This document shows positions 29,774 to 38,318 of a DNA stretch of 64,000 nucleotides, in pieces. Each line of letters begins with the position of its first letter. Position 1 is the first letter of the stretch. A model generated the notes under the pieces. That model searched no databases. It was not told the origin of the DNA and was given only the letters and a program-made list of their open reading frames with translations. This DNA is from Corallochytrium limacisporum Hawaii. Its lineage: Eukaryota; Protista; Pluriformea. The stretch is from contig PDIP01000012.1 of assembly GCA_002811645.1 (NCBI GenBank), forward strand, positions 54,452 to 118,451. Reading direction: 5' to 3'. A program made the translations under genes and the position numbers.

Positions 29774-31618
29774 TCAAAGTTCGTCCTCATCGTCCTCTCG
29801 TCTCGCGTGGCGATCACTCAGCAGTTCGTCATAGTGCTCAGCTTGCCAAAGGGAGAAGTTCAACGCTGAGGACAGTCGGCATAGCCAGGCAGGCTCCTTG
29901 GTGCCGGTCTCGCCGTTGAGAATCAGCGGCAGGAATCGACTGCTCAGCGCCGCGAGCAAGGACCATATACCGCCAACAAGGATCACAGCGGCAATGCCAA
30001 AGGCAGCAGCAATGGATCCGACGTAGAGGGTGTCGATCAGTTGTGGGATAACAATGAAAACATTGAGGAGCCCCATGCTAAAGCCCATGCCCTTGCTGGG
30101 GCGGTGTTGTGACCCTCGCCCTTCATGGGATGGCTGTGAATGATTGCTTTCAGGTGCATAGCCATTGTTCCTCGTCCTAGACTCCATTTCCTCCTCTTCG
30201 TCATGTCCGGAGTTGCCTTCTTCGTGCCTCAGTAGAGTTTGGGCGATGTCCTGGCCACTGACATCAGTCGCTGTGTCCTTCGAGAGCTGAGAGTAGGGTC
30301 CATTCACATTTCTGAGACTATCCGCAACCTCTTCCATCTTTAATAGATTGCCCAGCATGGCAAAGGGAAAGATGTTGGTTCCAGCAAAGCCAATGCCTGT
30401 CAGGCTCACCAGAATAATGCTTACAGAGACGCTGGAGTGAACAAACGGGACAGTGAGCAACAGCATGCTCAAGCCAGCAGTGACGAGAGTCATGGTGTAT
30501 GCATCTTTGAGCTTCACGTAGATCAGCACGTAGGTCATGGCAAAGGATGTCAGCAATTGTACAATAGCTTGGCCCATCATGGATATGGACCCGGTACCCA
30601 CACCGTGCTCGAAATTCTGGCGCTCCTCCGAACCGACCGGTGCTTCCGCATCCCCTCCATACACAGCCTCCCCAAAGAATGTCGTGACTTCCTGATTAAA
30701 GCAGAACCACGCAAACCACGTCAGGGATTGGGTCACAGCAATTATGAGCAGAGGGTAGTCCATAGTTTGCAGGGCATGCACCATGTCATACGTGGCCATT
30801 TTGATGGCGGCAAACACCGCGGTAACGCCCGATGCACCGGTCTTTAGAGACGATGATCCTTCCGGGGCGACCGCTGTTGAGCGCTGCAATGGGACTTCTT
30901 GTGCCACGACCAGCGTGATACCCACCGTGACGGCAAGAGTGAACATTGCTACCGCAAAAATTAGGCGCATGTGGTCCAACGGTGCCTCAAAACTCGCCAC
31001 AAAAAAGTAGCCGCCAACCTGTCCGACACCTTGGAAAAGGGAAGCGAGGGACTGGCACTGGGCCTGTTGATCCGGACTGGCCAGGTCCGCAATTAATGCT
31101 CGTGCCGGTCCTTGAATCAAATTGATGCTAAAATCCATTGTCCAGAACGCTACCATTGCTACGAAGACGGTGAACCCATTCACTCCGCCAGCAATCAATT
31201 CCGCATTTGAGAACATGGCCGCACCGAGGAGGGTAGTAATCAGCCCAATGAGCATAAATGGCCGCCGGCGGCCCCAGGATGAATAACAGCGGTCACTCAG
31301 TGCACCAGCAATGGGCCCTACGATAAGTCCAGTGATTGGTCCCGCACACCAAGCAAGATTGGCCATCGCTTTGCTCAGGCCCAGTCGGCTCTCAAAGTAT
31401 GGCACAGCCAGAGCGTATTCATTGCTCCACATGACAAGGATTCCGATCCAACATAAGTTGACCACTGCCAACCTTGCCGTGGTATACTTTTTCGGTGCAT
31501 TAAGCTCTGGACTAGACCGCGTTGTCTCTGGTATGCTGTCCCGGTCAGACTCATGCGCCCCCTCAAATTCCCCATAGCCCTCATTCTGGCTTCTTCCCAG
31601 CTGTACCCAACTGGGCAT
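29774..31618 (-). CDS. SLC45/SUC-like MFS sugar (sucrose/maltose) transporter
   Basis: WCAGPITGLIVGPIAGALSDRCYSSWGRRRPF, MDFSINLIQGPARALIAD and GLLNVFIVIPQL. First ATG is at 31618 (the ORF track starts at TTG 31663). Confidence 0.9.
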   Translation of the reverse strand: MPSWVQLGRSQNEGYGEFEGAHESDRDSIPETTRSSPELNAPKKYTTARLAVVNLCWIGILVMWSNEYALAVPYFESRLGLSKAMANLAWCAGPITGLIVGPIAGALSDRCYSSWGRRRPFMLIGLITTLLGAAMFSNAELIAGGVNGFTVFVAMVAFWTMDFSINLIQGPARALIADLASPDQQAQCQSLASLFQGVGQVGGYFFVASFEAPLDHMRLIFAVAMFTLAVTVGITLVVAQEVPLQRSTAVAPEGSSSLKTGASGVTAVFAAIKMATYDMVHALQTMDYPLLIIAVTQSLTWFAWFCFNQEVTTFFGEAVYGGDAEAPVGSEERQNFEHGVGTGSISMMGQAIVQLLTSFAMTYVLIYVKLKDAYTMTLVTAGLSMLLLTVPFVHSSVSVSIILVSLTGIGFAGTNIFPFAMLGNLLKMEEVADSLRNVNGPYSQLSKDTATDVSGQDIAQTLLRHEEGNSGHDEEEEMESRTRNNGYAPESNHSQPSHEGRGSQHRPSKGMGFSMGLLNVFIVIPQLIDTLYVGSIAAAFGIAAVILVGGIWSLLAALSSRFLPLILNGETGTKEPAWLCRLSSALNFSLWQAEHYDELLSDRHARREDDEDEL

Positions 31619-32471
31619 GATAGGCTGTGATTCCTGTGGACCTGAAATGTTGGAGGAAGCCAACGTGATATTGATTTATGCCCTCTACGCCGCGAAACGT
31701 CGGTATAAGTTCGACTATCACGTCATTGCTCCGTTTAGGGATATGTGCCACCGTTCAAAAGCTGAAACATGGAAACATTTGCCACGTTGGGTTCTCAAAA
31801 TCTAATGAACTACGCTTGCTGTTGATCCATGTATGTTATAGTGAAATCTGTACCTTATTGTGGCTGACTCTCTGGTTTCTTGGAAATACCAAATTACCAC
31901 TCTCAGACCCTCGTCATCGCTTGGGTGGGGGTCCCTACCCGCCCACTGCCTTCCACCGCGAAACGGTTGCCCTTTAGATGAGCCGCCCACTCTGCCACAC
32001 AGTTTAAACCAATCCGCAGCAGCGACTTTTCTATGCCAGAAGCAGAACCGGTACGTTGGCCCCGCATACCAAGAACGGGGATACGAAAACAGAAACAGGC
32101 CAGCGCCGATAAAGGCGTCCCAGTCGTTTTCCTTCTCTGGCTGCGGTAAGAAGGTGCTGAACAAAGGATTCTACGCCTGCGGGCGCGTCAGTACTAATGA
32201 CTGACAAGTTTTCTTCGACGGCACTCTCTGCCGAGCCGCCCCTGTTGCCCTGCGATCGTAACCAGTTTTTTGTCAGCTGGCGGGTCGGCACCACGAATAC
32301 GTCGTCTTTTAGTATAACCCCTGGTTGCCCGTCTATGCCCAGATCATTCAAAAACGATAACCGGATGTTGCCTTTTCTGAGCATCAGGGGCAGTCCAGGA
32401 AGGGGCTTAAATAATGGGAATGCGGTAAATCAAGGAACTCCAAATGAAACCGCTGAAGAAAGGACCTCCCC

Positions 32472-32658
32472 NNNNNNNNNNNNNNNNNNNNNNNNNNNNN
32501 NNNNNNNNNNNNNNNNNNNNNNNNNNNNNNNNNNNNNNNNNNNNNNNNNNNNNNNNNNNNNNNNNNNNNNNNNNNNNNNNNNNNNNNNNNNNNNNNNNNN
32601 NNNNNNNNNNNNNNNNNNNNNNNNNNNNNNNNNNNNNNNNNNNNNNNNNNNNNNNNNN
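32472..32658. other. assembly gap (run of N)
   Basis: Ns in the sequence. Confidence 1.
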
Positions 32659-32679
32659 AAAAAAAAAAAAAAAGCAAAA
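32659..32679 (-). terminator. RNA polymerase III oligo-T terminator of the tRNA-Ser gene
   Basis: Minus strand reads TTTTGC followed by at least 15 T, starting about 10 nt after G73. Confidence 0.8.
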
Positions 32680-32688
32680 TCATAGGCG

Positions 32689-32806
32689 CGCGAGCTGCAG
32701 GATATTCGTTCAGTTCACTACTAGCCGGGGAACCAAATTTCGAACCTGCGCGGGCAGAGCCCATCTGATTTCGAGTCAGACTCCTTAACCACTCGGACAA
32801 ACTCGC
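32689..32806 (-). tRNA. trnS-CGA: tRNA-Ser(CGA) with a non-canonical 36-nt intron in the T-loop (59/60)
   Basis: Spliced form: GCGAGTT TG TCCG AGTGGTTA AGGA G TCTGA CT CGA AA TCAGA TGGGC TCT GCCC GC GCAGG TTCGAA^T CCTGC AGCTCGC G. All stems pair, with a Ser-type long variable arm and G73 discriminator. Confidence 0.95.
32703..32738 (-). other. bulge-helix-bulge (BHB) type tRNA intron
   Basis: ATTTGGTTCCCCGGCTAGTAGTGAACTGAACGAATA. 4-bp central helix TTCG/CGAA, 3-nt bulges AAA and TAT, outer helices GCAGG/CCTGC and TTTGGTTC/GAACTGAA. Confidence 0.9.
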
Positions 32807-32849
32807 TCTGTATAATAATACTATTACCATAAATGGGGCCGAAAATGTG

Positions 32850-32874
32850 TATATAAACTGCTGATTTGACGTCA
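32850..32874. promoter_or_regulatory. TATA element (TATATAAA) and CRE/ATF palindrome (TGACGTCA) upstream of the tRNA
   Basis: TATATAAA at 32850-32857 lies 44-51 nt upstream of the mature tRNA 5' end. TGACGTCA is at 32867-32874. Confidence 0.45.
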
Positions 32875-33404
32875 TGATTGATTAGGTTTTCAGTTCAATG
32901 TTAGCGCTCACACTCGTGTGTTTACTCTTTGGTGTCTGAATACTACAGTGTTGCCTGCTGAATGTACAGAGTGCGGCGAATTTCTTGTCCGACTGGTGCG
33001 CCCGCAGTACGGAGTGGCTGGCTTCGCTGGAGGGTGGGGGTGTGACTGTAATATCTTTCACGGGACTATACCGGAGAGAACAGTGGCTGCGGCCCCGTGT
33101 GTTCGAAATTTGTTTATAGGTGGGGGCGGTACTTTCACCATTAGCCAGCACAGGTGACAAGGGGCTTTGCGCCGGAGAATGACTTCGAGGCTTCATCATT
33201 GGATAGCGACCTTTAGTTGATCCTTCAATTGGTTTCCTTGACTGTTGCTTTATCTGCTGCATTTGGGGAGTAACTAGACTTTGATTCTATCTCGATATTC
33301 CTCTTTGTAGCTATTTAAAGGGTGTGGACTTATACAACACAATAAGAGCATGAAGCCTCTTTGTTTATAACCAGATTAGTAAGTTATACATAATCGGGAT
33401 CAAT

Positions 33405-33641
33405 ATGATGCGTGCTGCAGGTATGTACCGCGTTGGTGCCATGGCACCTCGCGCCCGCCAGATGGCCCTGGTCCGCCGTGGTGGTGACATCGGTAAGGAA
33501 ATTCCCGGTAGCAACCTCCCCTTCGATGTCCATAACAAGGTCGCTTTCTCCATTAAGTTCTGGACTTTTGTCAGCGTCGGTTTCGCAGTGCCTTTCATTG
33601 CCTTCAAGTTCCAGATGTGGAAGAAGGGTGGTAGTGACTAA
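33405..33641 (+). CDS. COX7C: cytochrome c oxidase subunit VIIc (mitochondrial precursor)
   Basis: Arg-rich presequence, PGSNLPF motif and a single TM ending GFAVPF...QMWK. Confidence 0.88.
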   Translation: MMRAAGMYRVGAMAPRARQMALVRRGGDIGKEIPGSNLPFDVHNKVAFSIKFWTFVSVGFAVPFIAFKFQMWKKGGSD

Positions 33642-33798
33642 ATTACTTCGGTTGATTCCCCATACAGTGTTAATAGGCTTATTTTACCATACAACGGCAT
33701 GAATATATTCTGATAGTTATCAGATGAGATCGGGAGTCTTATGTTTTGTGGCTAGTATATACTTTCAATTCTTTAACGGGTTGAGGTCTAATCAGGTC

Positions 33799-35373
33799 TC
33801 ATTTCTTCTTGTTTTTCTTCCCCGGGGCTGCGGAAATGTGCAAGGCATGACCGGTCTTTTGGATGTGGTCAAATAGTTTGCTGCGGGACGGGAACGTTTC
33901 ATGGCAGACATTACAAACCTTGCTAGGATCCTTGCCCTGGGCCACGCGCTCTTCATCTTCGCTGTCCAGATCTACATCTGGCTTTTTCTTGCTCTTTTCC
34001 TTTCTTCGTCTCGGTTTCTTCTTGCCTCCTGTCCCCGCGCTGTAGTCTTCCTGGTGGTCGTCGGCATCCTGATCAAGGGTCAAAGCAGTGTTGATCTCGT
34101 TGGCCAGAACGTCAGCACTGTGAATGACATGATCGTCGTCATCCATGTCGGTCGTGAATCCAAAATTCGGCCCTTTCTTGCCCTTCTTCTTCTTTGACTT
34201 GCTGCTCCTGGCCATCATGGGGATGTTGTGGTCATCAGGATTTGCACTTTTCGCATTCTTCGCAGTAGTGGCGGCTGCCTTTGCCTCTTTCTTGAACTGC
34301 TTCTCTTCTGTAGCGAGCTGCTTGCGGAGGGCAGCGACATTGTCACGGTGTTTCCGGTTCTTTTCATGTGCCTGCAATGCTGCAGCAGACTTGAATTCCT
34401 TGTCACATGCTGCACAATACAGATCCTCCTGCTCGGACTCTGGCTCTGGGGTTTGCTCTTCTTCTGCCTCATCGTCGCTCTGGTCTTCCTGGTCGTCAGC
34501 TTCGTTGCTTTCATCATCGCTACTGTCCCCAAACATTTCACGGTGCATGTCTTCAATGGCATCCAGTTTGTTCTCAATTTCGCCTTCGTCGCCGAATGCG
34601 GCGTTCTTGAAATTTTTGAAGTCCTCCACCTGCTGCCGCTTTTGGCGCCGCTGCTCGGCTGCCAGTTCCCTTGCCCTCTGCTGTTTTTCTTCGTTGAGCT
34701 TTGCCTGGCGTTCTGCAGCCGCTTTAACTCGCGGATCCCACTTGCGCACCAGCGCAGCCAGGTGCCGGATCTGTTCGTTGTATTTTTTCCGCTCCGCTTC
34801 GCGTGCACTGTTGTTCTCTTTTTCAATCAGGCGTCGTACTCTACGATTCGGCGCCCACTTGACATCGTATTCATCCGCCCATGCAAAGGGGATACGTGTG
34901 TTGAAGGCCATCCAAAACACATAGAAAGGCTTCACCACCTCTTCATAGCTGCTATTGGAGTCCCCAAAGCTGGGTACACCGTGGTATTCCTCATCATCGT
35001 AGAAATCTTTTTCAAACTGCAGAATTTCCGAAAAGGCCTGTCGGTAAACTGTGTAGAAGCTTTCCTTGCTAGCATCGTCGTATCCATCGTAACATGCCGG
35101 GTTGAAAAATCTAATGATGTCAGGAAGGTCATCCTTATCAAGCTTGTGGCCTGATAGGATTTCATCGCGGTGCTGATCATACCACCGACGTTCCCTCGGA
35201 TCACTCAGCAGTTCGTACGCCACTTGGATAATCTGAAACTCTCTGCGAGCCTCCTCTTCTCTTCCAAGGTTCTTATCTGGGTGACACCGCAATGCTGCCT
35301 TCCGGTATGCCTTCTTGATATCGGCCTCACTGGCGGTTTGCTCGATCCCGAGCACTTCGTAGTGGCAGCGCAT
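33799..35373 (-). CDS. DNAJC21: J-domain ribosome biogenesis co-chaperone DNAJC21/Jjj1
   Basis: MRCHYEVLG...HPDKN J-domain, PNRRVRRLIEKEN, DPRV, acidic tract and two C2H2 zinc fingers. Confidence 0.95.
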   Translation of the reverse strand: MRCHYEVLGIEQTASEADIKKAYRKAALRCHPDKNLGREEEARREFQIIQVAYELLSDPRERRWYDQHRDEILSGHKLDKDDLPDIIRFFNPACYDGYDDASKESFYTVYRQAFSEILQFEKDFYDDEEYHGVPSFGDSNSSYEEVVKPFYVFWMAFNTRIPFAWADEYDVKWAPNRRVRRLIEKENNSAREAERKKYNEQIRHLAALVRKWDPRVKAAAERQAKLNEEKQQRARELAAEQRRQKRQQVEDFKNFKNAAFGDEGEIENKLDAIEDMHREMFGDSSDDESNEADDQEDQSDDEAEEEQTPEPESEQEDLYCAACDKEFKSAAALQAHEKNRKHRDNVAALRKQLATEEKQFKKEAKAAATTAKNAKSANPDDHNIPMMARSSKSKKKKGKKGPNFGFTTDMDDDDHVIHSADVLANEINTALTLDQDADDHQEDYSAGTGGKKKPRRRKEKSKKKPDVDLDSEDEERVAQGKDPSKVCNVCHETFPSRSKLFDHIQKTGHALHISAAPGKKNKKK

Positions 35374-36376
35374 TTCTCTGCGATCCTTTTCTTTACAAGC
35401 TAACTATAACATGATGTTTCGTCTGTTACTATACACTGCATACGTGTAAAATTTGCCTTACAATTTTGCAGGTTGTGCACACTCTGCGATTGCCCTATTA
35501 TACCTGGCTCAGGACACACTGAAGGATGGCCTCATACAGCCAGACCAGCTTTGAAGACCACGACCGCGCCCACCGCTGGGACGGATTGATAATAAACTGA
35601 AAACCTAATTATTACTTTCCTCTCCCTCGTTTCAGTTCATTCACTATGAAAACCTGCTCCTTTGCCCTCGCCGATTTCACTTTGTTCTCGACCGTCTGCC
35701 TGCCCAATGCAGCCAACAGTGGAGGTGACCGACACCCCACAGTCAAACAGCCAAGAGTTCTCGATTGAGTGCGCTGACCATAGTACAGAGGCTGTTGAGA
35801 CCATTCCAGCGGGGTCGCATGTGATGCGTCCAGGGAACGGAACTAGCTTCAGCGGGAGTATCAAACCCATTCTGGTTGGTGTCTTACCCTCTTGGCAATA
35901 CTCAAGCTCAAAGACTGTGCAGAATGAGTGGGACGCACGGGGGGTGCCGTCACCGGGGCGGCAAAACGGAGCCAACACCCTAGGGTTCACTAAACTGAAA
36001 CAAGAAAAGTGGGTACCAAGACTCGGCAGTAGGCCCACATGGCACGTTGTGGGGATGGGGAATGCCAGACCGCAGGTTAGTAGGCCTGGGTTCTCCAACG
36101 TAGTTTGGTCAAACCCTCACTGTACATTGAGTGTGTATGTGGGTGGCCTCTGGTCGAAAAGTGTTTGCGTGGGGTCGGCGTTGTTGTAGTCCGTTCTTGA
36201 ACGTTTTAACTACTCACAAAAGTAATAACCCTTTCGGCAGCCACTAATGGAGGTTTCCTGAGAAATTCCAAACCCTATTTGAAACAGTCGGGTAGAATAA
36301 ATAGAAAGTGAACCAAGTTCGTACAAACCTCGGTATTTACTTTGTTTCTAAAGAAATAGCTCTGGAATAGACAAAC

Positions 36377-37255
36377 ATGTCGGCACTGGCAACAAAAGGG
36401 GCTGCTCGGGGCATCACCGCTCTTGGTGGCGCAATTTTCATGGCCTATGGAGTTTCGCAGAGCCTCTACACTGTTGATGGTGGTCATCGTGCTGTTATGT
36501 TCAGCCGTCTTGGTGGTGTGAAGGACGATGTCTACAATGAGGGTATGCACTTCCGTGTTCCCTGGTTCCACACTCCCATCATCTACGATATTCGTGCCCG
36601 GCCCCGTCGTATCACTTCTCCTACCGGTTCCAAGGATTTGCAAACCGTAAATATCTCCCTCCGTGTACTAAGCCGTCCCAATGTTGAGCACCTGCCCAAG
36701 ATCTACCGTCAACTCGGCGTGGACTATGATGAACGGGTTCTGCCTTCAATTGTCAATGAGGTTCTAAAGTCTGTGGTCGCCCAATTCAATGCCAGCCAAC
36801 TCATTACCCAGCGTGAGGCCGTTTCTCAGCAGATTCGCCGCCAGCTTACGCAGCGTGCCACCGATTTCTACTTGATTCTGGATGATGTCAGTATTACGGA
36901 CCTTAGCTTTTCCAAGGAATATACTGCCGCAGTTGAAGCTAAGCAGGTTGCTCAGCAGGAGGCTCAACGGGCACAGTTTGTTGTTGAAAAGGCCGTACAG
37001 GATCGTCAGGAAAAGATTGTCAAGGCTGAGGGTGAGGCCAAGGCGGCTGCTTTGATTGGTAAGGCTACGAGGGACAACCCTGGTTTCCTCCAGCTCCGCA
37101 AGATTGAAGCCGCCAAGGACATCTCTCAGATGATGGCTGGTTCCGGCAACAAGGTTTATCTGAATGCCGATACGCTCATGTTGAACGTCCATGACCGTGA
37201 CGAAAACCTCGAGCGCATCTCCCAGCAGGCCAAGAAGAAATCTAGCATCTGGTAA
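36377..37255 (+). CDS. PHB2: prohibitin 2
   Basis: [52 protein letters not shown] and [14 protein letters not shown]. Confidence 0.97.
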   Translation: MSALATKGAARGITALGGAIFMAYGVSQSLYTVDGGHRAVMFSRLGGVKDDVYNEGMHFRVPWFHTPIIYDIRARPRRITSPTGSKDLQTVNISLRVLSRPNVEHLPKIYRQLGVDYDERVLPSIVNEVLKSVVAQFNASQLITQREAVSQQIRRQLTQRATDFYLILDDVSITDLSFSKEYTAAVEAKQVAQQEAQRAQFVVEKAVQDRQEKIVKAEGEAKAAALIGKATRDNPGFLQLRKIEAAKDISQMMAGSGNKVYLNADTLMLNVHDRDENLERISQQAKKKSSIW

Positions 37256-38318
37256 GTGATGTGATCAAATCAAAATCTCGCCTTAATGTCACGGCACCTA
37301 GCCGTCACAAGCGCACATCACATCAACATTCTTACACACAGAGTCCATTGTAACAATTTACAATCGAGCACAAAGTGCATGCACACTACAAATGCAAACA
37401 TGATACCTACAAGAATACATTAGAATACTAAACAAAACTCTGAATTCCCGGGCAAACACACGTTTGAACGAAAATGCCTTCGGCGAAGGTGTACCTTACC
37501 TCACCTGTGGCCTCAACGCGGCCACCAGAGAGTCCTGAAAGTACTGTAAAGTAGTGATTCACAGTACATTATGTACCGCAAGAATTTCAGCGGTACTTTC
37601 GCTATAGAAACCAGTTGCAGTGATTCACTCTAGGTCTGAGGCCCGGCTTGCAAGTCTTTTTCGGATTTTTGTTTTTGCTTTTTCTATACCGCTTTGGTGC
37701 CCAAAAAGCCACCCAGGGGCTCGCTGCTTGGGTGCCCTCCGCCCTACTTTATTACTTCCTTGCTTGGGGGCCCTTTAGGTCATTTCCCTCGCGCGCCACC
37801 TCTCTCTTTTCGTCCCTTCCCTCTCGAAGGGCTGTGTCCCATATTTCAGTAGGTGAAGGCCAGGGGAAGTGAAAACAGTCATACTCTCGGTACTGGTCAG
37901 CTTGGACTTGTCCAACGCATACAAACCTAAGTTCTTTCGGAAGTTTACTCCCGCAGGGAAACAGCTCGTTTGTTTTGGCTTTTGGTACCGTACGGACCCG
38001 TGTGTTCGTCTACCGGTACTGTACTGAACTAGGGCGCCTTCAGGTGCCCAAATGGCGGTTTAGACATGTCTGGAAGCAGGAGCACCTAAACCCCTGACGA
38101 TGCGCTTTCGGTTATGTTCTGAACACGTTGAACTCCTTGACCATAAACCTATATCAGCACAACTGCATTCAATATTTTGGAAGCTGTCTGCGATCAAACT
38201 GTCCATTTACGGTTTTAAGCACCAAGTACCTAAGGATGGGAGGTGCGAACTAGACGGGCCAGAGAAATTTTTATTGATATCATAGCGAACGTTTGATCGA
38301 TCTTAGGATAGTTCAACC

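Noticed and set aside
33101-33112. GTTCGAAATTTG on the plus strand, identical to the tRNA exon-intron junction on the minus strand
   Set aside because: No T-stem, no CGAA partner and no acceptor strand nearby, so it is not a split or permuted tRNA half.
34145-35154. Long antisense or alternative-frame ORFs (for example 34145-34924, 34228-35154, 38406-39398, 9761-10504)
   Set aside because: Shadows of well-supported genes on the opposite strand, with no recognisable protein features.
35637-35980. SRP helix-8-like strings and some long-range stems in the DNAJC21/PHB2 interval
   Set aside because: The motifs do not fit the CAGG-NC-GNRA-G-AGCA pattern and the stems are not consistently nested.
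37491-37507. CCTTACCT resembling the U1 snRNA 5' end
   Set aside because: Lacks the U1 loop I and loop II (AUUGCAC) motifs and an Sm site.
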